NCBI GenBank assembly: GCA_050946395.1
Contig: JBMNUR010000001.1
Location: 1 to 55,084, forward strand
From: Peptococcales bacterium
GTDB taxonomy: Bacteria > Bacillota > Peptococcia > Peptococcales > BICA1-8
DNA length: 55,084 bases
Reading direction: 5' to 3'
Shown: positions 26,682 to 36,789 of the stretch, piece by piece
Layout: each line of letters opens with the position of its first letter
Numbering within the stretch: the stretch's first letter is position 1
Notes under the pieces: model-generated
Databases searched by the model: none
What the model saw: only the letters and a program-made list of their open reading frames with translations
What the model was told of the DNA's origin: nothing
Position numbers and translations under genes: made by a program

Positions 26682-27995
26682 TCAGTTCCTGCTAGAAGCT
26701 AAAACACCTTGTACATAATTTTTCTCTATCCTTGTTAATTTCACCGATACAATGGTGCCTTTTTCGGCTTGACCATCAAAAACTACTCGTAAAAAATTAT
26801 CGGTATGGCCTTCCCAGCCACCTTGGGGCCAGTTGGATTCAATTAAAACATCGAGGGTTTGTCCTAAGTACTTGTTGGCAAAGGAATGAAAACCCATTTC
26901 CGCTACCTTAAGCATGGCTTTACTTCTCTTTTCTTTTTCCTGAGAAGAAACTTGTTGATCAAATTTACTAGCAGGTGTTCCTTTGCGAGGTGAATACTTA
27001 AAAACATGAAGGCTCATAAAATCCATTTCCTTAACAAAAGAGAGACTATTTGCGAAATGCTCCGATGTTTCACCGGGAAAACCTACCATAATGTCTGTAG
27101 AAATGCCTATGTGGGGAACCCTCGAGCGAATTTTTGCTATGATTTTTCGATAATCATCAGTGGAATAAGGCCGGTGCATTTTTTTTAATATCAAATCATC
27201 GCCATTTTGTAGGGGAATATGTAAGTGACGACAAAATCTTGAGTCCCTCTCCATAAGAGTTATGAGCTCATCACTTATTTCCGTTGGTTCAATGGAACTT
27301 AATCTTAGCCTTTTGATATTAGTTTTAGCCAAAATCTCCTTACAGAGAAATGCTAAATCAACCTGTACATCTAGGTCCTTACCATAGGCACCCAAGTGGA
27401 TACCCGTTAAAATTAGTTCTTTAAATCCTGCCTCCACCAATTTATGTGCTTCTTGTAAGGTGTTTTCAACACTGCGGCTACGAGAAGGTCCTCGAGCAAA
27501 AGGAATAATACAATATGTGCAAAACTGTTCACAGCCTTCCTGTACTTTTAGATAGGCCCGGGTACGGTTAATTAAGCGATCTACAGGCAGCTCTTCGAAA
27601 TCTTTTGCTTTTAAAATATCATGAACATATGTAATGGGAGTTGTGCTTTTTTTGTGTTCCTGAATTAAATCTACGATACGTGCCCTATCTCGTGTACCGA
27701 TAATTAAGTCTACTCCCGGAATTTTTTCAACTTCACCCGGGGAGGTTTGAGCATAACAACCGGTAACAACAATGAGAGCTTGGGGGTTATTATGGATAGC
27801 ACGCCGGATAAACTGGCGGGATTTTCGATCACCCAAGTGAGTTACTGTACAGGTATTTATAATATAAACATCAGCTATTTCTTCAAAATCTACTACTTGA
27901 TAATTATGTTCTTTAAATAATGCACCTAGGGCTTCTGTTTCATTTTGATTTACTTTACACCCTAATGTGTAAAACGCCACTTTGGGATTGGACAT
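26682..27995 (-). CDS. mtaB: tRNA t6A37 methylthiotransferase MtaB (YqeV)
   Basis: ORF 26682-28004. I place the start at ATG 27993-27995 after GGGGTGA. It has a UPF0004 Cys triad, the radical SAM CEQFCTYC motif and a TRAM domain. Confidence 0.88.
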   Translation of the reverse strand: MSNPKVAFYTLGCKVNQNETEALGALFKEHNYQVVDFEEIADVYIINTCTVTHLGDRKSRQFIRRAIHNNPQALIVVTGCYAQTSPGEVEKIPGVDLIIGTRDRARIVDLIQEHKKSTTPITYVHDILKAKDFEELPVDRLINRTRAYLKVQEGCEQFCTYCIIPFARGPSRSRSVENTLQEAHKLVEAGFKELILTGIHLGAYGKDLDVQVDLAFLCKEILAKTNIKRLRLSSIEPTEISDELITLMERDSRFCRHLHIPLQNGDDLILKKMHRPYSTDDYRKIIAKIRSRVPHIGISTDIMVGFPGETSEHFANSLSFVKEMDFMSLHVFKYSPRKGTPASKFDQQVSSQEKEKRSKAMLKVAEMGFHSFANKYLGQTLDVLIESNWPQGGWEGHTDNFLRVVFDGQAEKGTIVSVKLTRIEKNYVQGVLASSRN

Positions 27996-28000
27996 GTTTT

Positions 28001-28741
28001 TCACCCCAAATCACCTAATTCATATAAAACCATGATTAATGCTGCTAAACCTGCTGTTTCAGTCCTTAAAATTCTCGGTCCTAAAGTAACAGTGCTCGCA
28101 CCTCGAGCTAATAATTGTTTGACTTCCTGCCTAGAAAGCCCACCTTCCGGACCAATAACAAGAGTAATATGCTCCAGTTCCGTATTTTCTTTAAGAAAAG
28201 CTTTTAACCCATAGCTTGACTCGTTCTCCCATAAAACCAAGGTAGGTCCTAATAAATCATTTTTTGCAAAATATTGGGGCCAAGTACAAATGTCCTCTAT
28301 TTGTGGCACAGTGGCCCGTTGGCATTGCTTACTTGCCTCTTGGGCAATTTTTTGCCACCTGTCTTGCCGTTTTTTTTGTTTATCTTTATCTAGTTTAACC
28401 ACTGTCCGTTCCGTCAAAACGGGAATTATTCTAGCTATACCCACCTCTGTACATTTTTGGACAATTAAGTCCATTTTATCCCCTTTAGGAATACCCTGGA
28501 CTAAAGTAACATTAACATGAGAATCCCTCTGGGATGAAGTAACACCTAGAATATCCCCAATAACCAAGCCCGTAGAAATATCGTTAATTTCAACAAGATA
28601 TTCTACACCGGTACCGGCAAAAACAATTATCTGTTCCCCTTCTTTCAACCTTAAAACTTGGCTTAAATGATGGGCATCATCATCTTTAATATATACTTTT
28701 TCATTAGTTATATCTTCAGGATTAACAAAAAAACGGCGCAT
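28001..28741 (-). CDS. rsmE: 16S rRNA (U1498-N3)-methyltransferase RsmE
   Basis: 246 aa. MRRFFV... with a PUA-like N-terminus and SPOUT C-terminus (GPEGGLS...LGPRILRTETA). Confidence 0.9.
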   Translation of the reverse strand: MRRFFVNPEDITNEKVYIKDDDAHHLSQVLRLKEGEQIIVFAGTGVEYLVEINDISTGLVIGDILGVTSSQRDSHVNVTLVQGIPKGDKMDLIVQKCTEVGIARIIPVLTERTVVKLDKDKQKKRQDRWQKIAQEASKQCQRATVPQIEDICTWPQYFAKNDLLGPTLVLWENESSYGLKAFLKENTELEHITLVIGPEGGLSRQEVKQLLARGASTVTLGPRILRTETAGLAALIMVLYELGDLG

Positions 28742-28834
28742 CTTTTACCTCACAAGTAATATTTTGGGGGCATGTTTTCGCCAATTAGTCTATTCGTGCT
28801 CACGTGCCCACGAATAAGCGAAAAAGCGTTCAGC

Positions 28835-29764
28835 CTAGGGCTGAGCCACTATCGCTACCCAACCAGCTTCTTCTTTTACCTGAATGATCTTGAAACCATG
28901 TTCTTCTAAGGCTTGAATAACATCTGTTTTTCTTTCATCAATAATACCCGATGCTATAAATATACCATTTTCTTTTAAGCGACCAGGTACGTCAGGAATA
29001 AGATGCTTTATAATATCCGCCACAATATTGGCAATAATTATATCTCCTTGACCTTGAGCTTTTGCTAAAAGATCACTATGATTAACTGTTATCGTTTTTT
29101 CCAACTTATTCTCCCGTACATTATTAATAGCAGCTTCCACGGCTACTGTATCAAAATCCAAAGCTTGTACGGTTTTGGCTCCTAAAAGAGCGGCTAAAAT
29201 ACTTAGGATACCACTACCTGTCCCTACATCAATTATTTCCATTCCCGGGCGGACATATTGCTCTAGTAATTTAATACATAGTGCTGTAGTTGCATGGCCT
29301 CCCGTACCAAAAGCCATTCCTGGGTCTAATTCAATTATTAGTTCACCGGGCTTGGGGGAATATTCCTCCCAGGATGGTTTAATTACTGTCTTTTCTCCTA
29401 TTTTTTCCGGTTTAAAATATGCCTTCCAGGAATTGGCCCAATCTTCTTCTTTTACCTCAGCCACATTTAGCTCAGTTGTAATATTTCCCATTCTCATTTT
29501 TAAATAATCAAGTTCTTGTTTAAGTTCTTCGAACTTATTAATGAAATACTGATCTAGAGGAAGATAACCTTTGACAATTACTTCCTCTTGAGCCAAAATA
29601 TCTTCATTAAACTCATGGGCATCCCACTGCCCCCCTTGGGCATACATAGCGATAAGCTGGGGGTCTTCAATAACTACACCCCCAGCTCCCAGCTCATGAA
29701 ATATATTAGCAATACCCTCGATAGCACTCTGTTCCGTGGTTATTTTTACCTCTAACCAATCCAT
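28835..29764 (-). CDS. prmA: ribosomal protein L11 methyltransferase
   Basis: ORF 28835-29770. I place the start at ATG 29762-29764 after AAGGAG. The SAM motif DVGTGSGIL is present. Confidence 0.9.
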   Translation of the reverse strand: MDWLEVKITTEQSAIEGIANIFHELGAGGVVIEDPQLIAMYAQGGQWDAHEFNEDILAQEEVIVKGYLPLDQYFINKFEELKQELDYLKMRMGNITTELNVAEVKEEDWANSWKAYFKPEKIGEKTVIKPSWEEYSPKPGELIIELDPGMAFGTGGHATTALCIKLLEQYVRPGMEIIDVGTGSGILSILAALLGAKTVQALDFDTVAVEAAINNVRENKLEKTITVNHSDLLAKAQGQGDIIIANIVADIIKHLIPDVPGRLKENGIFIASGIIDERKTDVIQALEEHGFKIIQVKEEAGWVAIVAQP

Positions 29765-29776
29765 AAGCAAATCTCC

Positions 29777-30919
29777 TTAACCTTTAAATGCGTCTTTTAC
29801 CCGCTCGAAAAAACTTCTATCTTTACTTCCTCCACTGTTTTCTACAAAACTATTCTGCTCGGCATTAAAGGAAGCACCTAATTTCTTCAGTAATTCCTTT
29901 TGTTCCGATGTCAAGTTTTGGGGAGTAACAAGTTTTATCTTAACATGTTGGTCACCTTTGCCGTATCCTTGAACATTTTTAACACCTTTACCTTTAAGGC
30001 GGAATACAGTATCAGTTTGTACTCCTTCGGGTATTTTAAATTTAACTTTACCTTCAAGAGTAGGTATTTCTATTTCAGCACCTAAAGCCGCTTGCACAAA
30101 ATTAATGGGTTGTTCCAAATAAATATCATCCTCATGGCGAGTAAAATATTTATGAGGTTTAACTGTTATGAAAATATAAAGATCCCCCGGTGGTCCCCCT
30201 AATTCACCTGCTTCTCCTTCTCCTGCAATCCGCAGGCGGGAACCGGTATCAACGCCAGCGGGAATTTTAATTTGCACTTGTTTGGTTCTTCTTACTTGGC
30301 CTTTACCACTACAAACTGAACAGGGATTTTTGATTACTTTACCTTCTCCCTGACATTCGGGGCAAGTACGAATAGTTTGGAAATGTCCTAAAGGAGTTCG
30401 TTGGGTATGGGCAACCTGACCTGTACCTCGACATCTTGCACAGGTTTCAGGACGAGTACCTTTTTTCGCACCAGTACCTTCACAAATAGAGCAAGTTTCC
30501 CAACGAGGCAAACTAATAGTTTTTTCTCCACCAAAAGCAGCCTCTTCGAATTCAATAGTTAAATCAAAGCGTAAATCATTTCCTTTACGAGGACCTTTTC
30601 TAGTTTGCCCGCCAAAGCCACCACCGAAAAACATGTCAAATATATCGCTAAAGCCACCAAAGTCCGCACCGGCCCCACCGCCAAAACCGTTAGGATCAAA
30701 ACCACTATGGCCGAATTGGTCATAACGTGCCCTTTTATCCGGGTCGGAAAGAACTTCATAGGCTTCTGTTACCTCTTTAAATTTTGCCTCAGCATCTTTA
30801 TTATCCGGGTTCACATCAGGGTGATACTGCCGAGCTAACTTTCGATAAGCCTTTTTAATATCCGCCTCACTCGCACCCTTTTCTATACCCAAAACTTCAT
30901 AATAATCGCGCTTAGCCAT
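29777..30919 (-). CDS. dnaJ: molecular chaperone DnaJ
   Basis: 380 aa with a J domain (HPD), a G/F region and four CxxCxGxG repeats. Confidence 0.96.
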   Translation of the reverse strand: MAKRDYYEVLGIEKGASEADIKKAYRKLARQYHPDVNPDNKDAEAKFKEVTEAYEVLSDPDKRARYDQFGHSGFDPNGFGGGAGADFGGFSDIFDMFFGGGFGGQTRKGPRKGNDLRFDLTIEFEEAAFGGEKTISLPRWETCSICEGTGAKKGTRPETCARCRGTGQVAHTQRTPLGHFQTIRTCPECQGEGKVIKNPCSVCSGKGQVRRTKQVQIKIPAGVDTGSRLRIAGEGEAGELGGPPGDLYIFITVKPHKYFTRHEDDIYLEQPINFVQAALGAEIEIPTLEGKVKFKIPEGVQTDTVFRLKGKGVKNVQGYGKGDQHVKIKLVTPQNLTSEQKELLKKLGASFNAEQNSFVENSGGSKDRSFFERVKDAFKG

Positions 30920-30999
30920 CCCGGTTCACCTCCTCTTAGAAAAATTGTCTATATGCCCCCGAAGGGCTCGTAATTTTAATTTAATATTTTTTAATTTTT

Positions 31000-31108
31000 A
31001 ACCACAGATGAACACAGATGAACACGGATTCCATGTTATATTTTGGGGTCTTTTTTATAATTTACTTTTAAAACCGTGTTTATCGGTGTGCCCGAAGGGC
31101 CCGTGGTT
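31000..31108. repeat. inverted pair of AACCACGG decamer-type modules
   Basis: AACCACAGATGAACACAGATGAACACGGATTCC (31000-31032) faces CCGTGTTTATCGGTGTGCCCGAAGGGCCCGTGGTT (31072-31108). Confidence 0.7.
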
Positions 31109-31123
31109 TATTTATAATCACAA

Positions 31124-31157
31124 GAAAATTGGACAGGGACTGGCCCTGCCAATTTTC
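31124..31157 (-). terminator. strong hairpin after dnaK (attenuator/stabiliser, U-tract poor)
   Basis: Minus strand reads GGAAAAUUGGCAGGG-CCAG-UCCCUGUCCAAUUUUC (~14 bp stem) followed by UUGUGAUUAU. It begins 40 nt after the dnaK stop. Confidence 0.5.
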
Positions 31158-31196
31158 CAACTTACGAATAGCCACTAACAACTAGCAACTTACCAC

Positions 31197-33029
31197 TTAC
31201 TTCTTCTCCTCATCAACCTCTTCAAACTCGGCATCGACTACATTATCTTGCGGATTTTGAGCCTGTTCAGCCCCGGGAGTGCCTTGTCCTTGGGGATTGG
31301 CTTGTTCGTACATTTTAGTAGTTAATTTATATAAAACTTCGGTTAATTTTTCTGACTTGGCTTTTATATCTTCTAAATTATCAGTTTCAATAGCTTTTTT
31401 CAATTCATCTTTAGCAGTTTCTACCTCTTCTTTTTCGGCTTGAGATACTTTATCGCCTACTTCTTTTAGGGTTTTTTCCGTTTGATAAACTAAAGAATCA
31501 GCCTGATTTCTAGTTTCTACTTCTTCTTTACGTTTTTTATCCGCTTCAGCATTGGCTTGTGCTTCTTTAACCATTTTATCAATTTCTTCATCAGATAATC
31601 CGCTGGAAGATTGGATGGTAATTTTCTGTTCTTTACCTGTACCTAAATCTTTGGCAGAAACATTAACAATTCCGTTAGCATCTATATCAAACTTAACTTC
31701 GATTTGAGGAACTCCTCTAGGTGCTGGAGGAATACCGGTTAATTGGAAACGACCTAGTGTCTTATTATAGGCAGCCATTTCCCTTTCACCTTGTAGAACA
31801 TGTATTTCTACGGAAGTTTGGTTATCAGCAGCTGTGGAGAAAATCTGACTTTTTGAAGTAGGAATAGTCGTATTACGATCAATTAATCTAGTAAATACTC
31901 CACCCAAAGTTTCGATTCCCAAGGAAAGGGGTGTAACGTCAAGTAACAAAACGTCCTTTACTTCCCCTGCCAAAACACCTGCTTGAATAGCTGCACCAAT
32001 AGCTACACACTCATCAGGGTTTATCCCTTTATGAGGTTCTTTTCCTAAAACTTTCTTAATAGCTTCTTGTACAGCCGGTACCCTAGTTGATCCCCCTACC
32101 AGAATTACTTTATCTATATCCTGAGGTGATAGACCGGAATCTGATAAAGCTCTTCGAGTTGGCTCCATAGTTTTTTCGATTAAATCTGCAATTAATTCCT
32201 CGAATTTTGCCCTGGTTAGATTTAAATCTAAGTGTTGAGGACCATCTTGAGTTGCAGTGATAAATGGCAAATTAATATTTGTAGTAGTAACAGAAGATAA
32301 TTCATGTTTTGCTTTTTCCGCCGCTTCTTTTAAACGTTGTAAAGCCATTTTATCTTTTGCTAAATCAACACCCACTTGCTTTTTGAATTCTTGAATCATC
32401 CAATCTATAATTCGATCATCAAAGTCATCTCCACCTAGACGGTTATTACCGCTCGTTGCCTTAACTTCAAAAACTCCTTCCCCTAATTCAAGGATGGATA
32501 CGTCAAAGGTACCACCACCTAGGTCATAAACCAAAATAGTTTGCTCCCCTTCTTTATCAATACCATATGCTAAAGCTGCTGCAGTTGGTTCGTTGATAAT
32601 TCTAAGTACTTCCAAACCAGCAATTTTACCAGCATCTTTAGTTGCTTGACGCTGACTATCAGTAAAATAGGCAGGAACAGTAATTACCGCTTGGGTAACC
32701 GTCTCCCCTAAATAACTTTCTGCATCAGCTTTTAATTTTTGTAAAACCATAGCGGAAATTTCTTGAGGTGTGTATGCTTTACCTTCAATTGTAGCTTTGT
32801 GGTCAGTACCCATATGTCTTTTAATTGAACTTACCGTACGGTCAGGGTTTGTAACAGCTTGCCGCTTTGCAACCTGCCCTACTAAAAGTTCACCTGTTTT
32901 TGAAAAAGCAATAACTGAAGGTGTTGTTCTATTACCTTCCGCATTTGGTATAACAACAGGCTCTCCGCCTTCCATTACGGAAACACATGAGTTAGTGGTT
33001 CCTAAGTCAATACCTATAACTTTACCCAT
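31197..33029 (-). CDS. dnaK: molecular chaperone DnaK
   Basis: 610 aa. GIDLGTTNS..., DLGGGTFD... ATG follows AGGAGG. Confidence 0.97.
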   Translation of the reverse strand: MGKVIGIDLGTTNSCVSVMEGGEPVVIPNAEGNRTTPSVIAFSKTGELLVGQVAKRQAVTNPDRTVSSIKRHMGTDHKATIEGKAYTPQEISAMVLQKLKADAESYLGETVTQAVITVPAYFTDSQRQATKDAGKIAGLEVLRIINEPTAAALAYGIDKEGEQTILVYDLGGGTFDVSILELGEGVFEVKATSGNNRLGGDDFDDRIIDWMIQEFKKQVGVDLAKDKMALQRLKEAAEKAKHELSSVTTTNINLPFITATQDGPQHLDLNLTRAKFEELIADLIEKTMEPTRRALSDSGLSPQDIDKVILVGGSTRVPAVQEAIKKVLGKEPHKGINPDECVAIGAAIQAGVLAGEVKDVLLLDVTPLSLGIETLGGVFTRLIDRNTTIPTSKSQIFSTAADNQTSVEIHVLQGEREMAAYNKTLGRFQLTGIPPAPRGVPQIEVKFDIDANGIVNVSAKDLGTGKEQKITIQSSSGLSDEEIDKMVKEAQANAEADKKRKEEVETRNQADSLVYQTEKTLKEVGDKVSQAEKEEVETAKDELKKAIETDNLEDIKAKSEKLTEVLYKLTTKMYEQANPQGQGTPGAEQAQNPQDNVVDAEFEEVDEEKK

Positions 33030-33068
33030 ATTAGATTACCTCCTATAAAAAAAATAAATATTTTCTTG

Positions 33069-33173
33069 GTCGATAGACGATAGTCAATAGTCGATAATCA
33101 GATAACTAGGGACTAGTAACTAATAACATTGACCATAGACTATCGACTATAGACTATTAGCCATTAATAATCA
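33069..33173. repeat. 15-unit in-phase heptamer array in dnaK leader
   Basis: GTCGATA GACGATA GTCAATA GTCGATA ATCAGAT AACTAGG GACTAGT AACTAAT AACATTG ACCATAG ACTATCG ACTATAG ACTATTA GCCATTA ATAATCA. Confidence 0.8.
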
Positions 33174-33341
33174 ATTTATCCGATGACTACCGGCCGCTAT
33201 CTCTCACCTTCTATAAGTGTGAGATAACGGCTGCTACGTCCCTGGACCAGGTTAATTGCCCTTAAAGGCAAGAGAAGGCGCCCTGGAGCGTAAGTTCTTC
33301 TAAGCTTCAGTTGGAGTAAGTATTTCTATTACGCAAACTAG

Positions 33342-33896
33342 CTAAGAATCACTTGATTTTGCCTCATTTTTTGCCACTTTGACCATACTAGGTCTAATTA
33401 CCTTATCTTTATACATATATCCACAGCGCAAGTCTTCAAGAATACTGTTGTCTGGGGCAGATGAATCTTCTACCTGCATAACTGCTTCATGCTTTTGGGG
33501 ATCAAAAGTTTCGCCAAGAGCATTTATTGGCACTAAACCTGCCTGTTCTAATATTTGCATTAACTGCCGGTAAATCATTTCCATCCCGGCTAAAAACTTT
33601 TTCACTTCTTCATTGGGTTCTTTAATATCTAGTGCTCTTTGGAAATTATCTAATACCGGAAGAAGATCAGAAATTAAATTGCTGTTGGCATACTTCATAA
33701 ATTCTTCTTTTTCCATTCTGGTTCTTTTCCGATAATTATCAAAGTCGGCAGCGATCCGCATTAAACGTTGGTTAAGTTCTTGAACTTCTTTTTCTAAGTT
33801 TTCAGTTGGATCCTCAACTTGATTTTCCCCGTTATCTTCAAGGGGCGTATTTTCCTTTTGTAAATCTTCTACTTTTTCATCCATGTTATTTGTCAT
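33342..33896 (-). CDS. grpE: nucleotide exchange factor GrpE
   Basis: 184 aa with a coiled-coil region, ...RIAADFDNYRKRT... and a C-terminal beta domain. Confidence 0.94.
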   Translation of the reverse strand: MTNNMDEKVEDLQKENTPLEDNGENQVEDPTENLEKEVQELNQRLMRIAADFDNYRKRTRMEKEEFMKYANSNLISDLLPVLDNFQRALDIKEPNEEVKKFLAGMEMIYRQLMQILEQAGLVPINALGETFDPQKHEAVMQVEDSSAPDNSILEDLRCGYMYKDKVIRPSMVKVAKNEAKSSDS

Positions 33897-33917
33897 TTCT
33901 TCACCACCTGTTTTCCT

Positions 33918-35471
33918 TTATTTATTGTTCGGTGCGGATTCAACTTCTTTTTTGCGAATTATAGTATCAATCCTTAAAATAGCTTCCGCAACCTCACCTG
34001 CAGCTTTTAATGCATGTATTTTAACTAAGGTTGGATCAACAACCCCTGATTTAACCATGTCGGAAATGTCCCCTGTATCACAATCAACTCCCAAAGAAAA
34101 ACTTTGCTTTTCCACCTGAGCTTGAGTTACATCGCCTAATTTTTCTAAAGGATTAAAACCCGCGTTAGACATAATCTGAATAAAGGGTCTTTCTAAAGCC
34201 CGAATCACACAATTAATACCAAAAGCAGACATGCCTTTCAAGTTTTTCTTCAGTTCTTCTACTTCTCTAGCTACCGTTAATTCTATAGAACCTGCACCAG
34301 GAACAATACCACCTTTGATGGCAGCCTGAACACTACTTGCGGCATCTTTAGCAATACGTTCCCTTTCACCTACTACTTCTTCAGTAGAAGCACTCACTAG
34401 GATTGTTGCCGTGGGTTTACCCTTGCCACCTACGACACGGATATGTTCAAGTTTTTCATTTTCATAAACACATTTAGATTGTCCTAGGTATTTGGCAATT
34501 TCCTCAGGTTCTTTCTTTAACCCTGTCCTTTTAAGCATCCGGGCACCAGTATGTTCAGCGATATTCCGTAATTCTTTATTGGCTACCCTTTGCACAACCA
34601 TAATCCCTGCATCAGAAAATATTTCTTCTGCTAGATCATCGACTCCCCGATCTACAAGGACTACATTAACTCCTAGCTCAACAAGTTTAAATAGATTTGT
34701 CCTAAATTCTTCTCTTAGTGTCAGATAACGTGAAAACCCGGCTTCCGTAGCCAAAGCTTCATCATCTAATTCCTCGGGTTCTAAAGCATCATCAACAAGC
34801 AAGATTTTTACTTTTCCGGTAAGTTCTCGGGGCATTTGTTTGTTCATTCGTTCTTTGTTCACTAAAACTCCCTGAAAAACTTCATTGTCAGCACCCTCTA
34901 TAGCTTTAATAATTTCCGAAAATTTAAAGGTAGGATCTTGAAGCTTTTCTGTACCAATAGCCTTAGCCGCCTCCACCACAAGTCTGGCAATATCCCTATT
35001 CTCTCGTCCGGCAATCAAAGCTATATTGTAAAGAAGAGGGTCATCTAGGCCCTGTATCTCTTGACTCTTGTCTTGAATACTTTGAATAGCTTTATTAACA
35101 CCTTGGCGTAGCCCTTCAATAACCCGGGCAACCGGTACCCCCTGTAGCACTTGGGTAAATCCTTCGTTAACCATTTCCCCGGCCATTAAAGTTGCGGTAG
35201 TAGTCCCATCTCCAATTTCATCTTGTTGGGCTTTGGCAATGTTTATTAACATTTTAGCAGCAGGATGATTTACTTCCATTAGGTTTAAGATTGTAACCCC
35301 ATCATTGGTAATTACTACGTCGCCAAATTGGTCAACAAGCATTGTATCCAAACCCTTAGGGCCAATAGTACCTTGTACTGCACCGGCAATAGCCCGCACA
35401 GCATTAACATTTGTTTCTAAGGCGCTATACTTGGTATCAACTTCAGAATTTGTTACACTTTTTACATTCAA
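33918..35471 (-). CDS. thermosome/TCP-1-type (group II-like, bacterial group III) chaperonin
   Basis: 517 aa with [10 protein letters not shown] and [14 protein letters not shown] motifs of the Cpn60/TCP-1 family. TTG start lies 9 nt after AGGAGG, and the gene ends 21 nt upstream of grpE. Confidence 0.85.
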   Translation of the reverse strand: MNVKSVTNSEVDTKYSALETNVNAVRAIAGAVQGTIGPKGLDTMLVDQFGDVVITNDGVTILNLMEVNHPAAKMLINIAKAQQDEIGDGTTTATLMAGEMVNEGFTQVLQGVPVARVIEGLRQGVNKAIQSIQDKSQEIQGLDDPLLYNIALIAGRENRDIARLVVEAAKAIGTEKLQDPTFKFSEIIKAIEGADNEVFQGVLVNKERMNKQMPRELTGKVKILLVDDALEPEELDDEALATEAGFSRYLTLREEFRTNLFKLVELGVNVVLVDRGVDDLAEEIFSDAGIMVVQRVANKELRNIAEHTGARMLKRTGLKKEPEEIAKYLGQSKCVYENEKLEHIRVVGGKGKPTATILVSASTEEVVGERERIAKDAASSVQAAIKGGIVPGAGSIELTVAREVEELKKNLKGMSAFGINCVIRALERPFIQIMSNAGFNPLEKLGDVTQAQVEKQSFSLGVDCDTGDISDMVKSGVVDPTLVKIHALKAAGEVAEAILRIDTIIRKKEVESAPNNK

Positions 35472-35490
35472 TTGTAAAGTCCTCCTAAAT

Positions 35491-35574
35491 TAGTGGCTAG
35501 TTTCTAGTGGCCAGTTTCTAGACTTTCGGGCTAATTTATCGGGTCGGGTCTATAGTCTATGGTCTATCTGGATC
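35491..35574. repeat. 12-unit in-phase heptamer array in chaperonin leader
   Basis: TAGTGGC TAGTTTC TAGTGGC CAGTTTC TAGACTT TCGGGCT AATTTAT CGGGTCG GGTCTAT AGTCTAT GGTCTAT CTGGATC. Confidence 0.75.
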
Positions 35575-35645
35575 GCCACGTCGCTATCGCTCCTCGCGAT
35601 GACAGGGAGCAGGAACCGCTCCCTGTCATTTAGCGCAGCGAAATC
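35571..35645. repeat. 33-mer palindrome family, tail-to-tail with central perfect hairpin
   Basis: GATCGCCACGTCGCTATCGCTCCTCGCGATGAC is the exact inverse of 8139-8171. It is followed by the ATGACAGGGAGC-aggaacc-GCTCCCTGTCAT 12-bp hairpin and the degenerate arm GTCATTTAGCGCAGCGAAATC. Confidence 0.8.
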
Positions 35646-35687
35646 TTAATCTTAATCACGAAATATAACCTAGCTCCTGTAGGTTCG

Positions 35688-36710
35688 TTAGAATCTTTTT
35701 AACGAAAGAGAGAGAGTATCTGTTAAAAACTCCAAAATAGAGATAGCCTGAGCATACTGCATACGGGTTGGCCCTAAAAGACCAATTGTACCTAGAATTC
35801 TCCCATCCATTTTATAGGTTGCAGTTATTAAACTGCAGTCCTTGATACTTTCATATTTATTTTCTGCGCCTATTTTTATATGAATACCTTCACTATCATC
35901 TTTAAGGATACTAGAAACTGTATCCTCATTTTCCAGTAACTCTAAAAGATTTTTTACCTTACTAACATCTTTGAATTCCGGCTGGTTTAAAATGTTTAAG
36001 GCCCCCGCCAAATATACTTTGTCATCAATTTCTTCATTCAAAAGTGAATCAAGAAAATCTAAGGCTATTGATACTATATTTTTCTGTTTAAGAAGTTCTG
36101 AGTGCACAGCTCGTAGGATAGTTTTATCCCAATCTTTAGATGTTAAACCTTTAAACCGATTATTTAAATAGGTGGAAACTATCTCTAAATCGTTTTTAGT
36201 AACTTCCTCCGGAATGTCAATAATTCTATTTTCGATTCTACCGCCATCTGTAATAACTACTATTAATGCTTTACCTGGTTCAACCAAAATCATTTGTATT
36301 AATTGTAATGTACTGCTACCTACCTGAGGGGCAAGAATTAATGAAGTATAACTGGTCATAGAGGATAACATTTTTAAAGACAATTGGATTAATTCTTCCA
36401 ACTGTTTTATTTTCTTTTGGAAGCTATTTTTAATAACCATTTTTGCTTCATTTTCAAGATCTTGTCGCTCCATGATACAATCTACATAATAACGATATCC
36501 TGCATCAGAAGGTACTCGCCCAGCAGAGGTATGAGGTTGTTCAATCAGTCCCATTTCTTCTAAATCCGCCATTTCATTTCTAATAGTAGCAGGACTGACC
36601 CCTAATTTGTATTTACGGGAAATAGTTCTGGAACCGACAGGCTCAGCAGTAGCAATGTAGTCAATAATTATCGCTTCTAAAACTTTGCGCTTACGAGCAT
36701 CTAATTCCAT
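35688..36710 (-). CDS. hrcA: heat-inducible transcription repressor HrcA
   Basis: ORF 35688-36731. I place the start at ATG 36708-36710 (MELDARKRKVLEAIIIDYIATAEPVGSR...) after AGGGGTGA. Confidence 0.93.
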   Translation of the reverse strand: MELDARKRKVLEAIIIDYIATAEPVGSRTISRKYKLGVSPATIRNEMADLEEMGLIEQPHTSAGRVPSDAGYRYYVDCIMERQDLENEAKMVIKNSFQKKIKQLEELIQLSLKMLSSMTSYTSLILAPQVGSSTLQLIQMILVEPGKALIVVITDGGRIENRIIDIPEEVTKNDLEIVSTYLNNRFKGLTSKDWDKTILRAVHSELLKQKNIVSIALDFLDSLLNEEIDDKVYLAGALNILNQPEFKDVSKVKNLLELLENEDTVSSILKDDSEGIHIKIGAENKYESIKDCSLITATYKMDGRILGTIGLLGPTRMQYAQAISILEFLTDTLSLSLKRF

Positions 36711-36724
36711 AAAATCACCCCTTG

Positions 36725-36751
36725 TTAGCACTCTCTTCAGATGAGTGCTAA
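36725..36751. promoter_or_regulatory. CIRCE operator
   Basis: TTAGCACTC-tcttcagat-GAGTGCTAA is a perfect match to the CIRCE consensus. It lies immediately upstream of hrcA. Confidence 0.95.
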
Positions 36752-36789
36752 TATCTTACTTAAAAAATAACACTATACTACCTGTTTTG

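Noticed and set aside
33069-35645. Possibility that the short tandem words form a CRISPR array
   Set aside because: The units are 7-10 nt and contiguous, with no constant 25-40 nt repeat alternating with unique spacers. No cas genes are present in the window.
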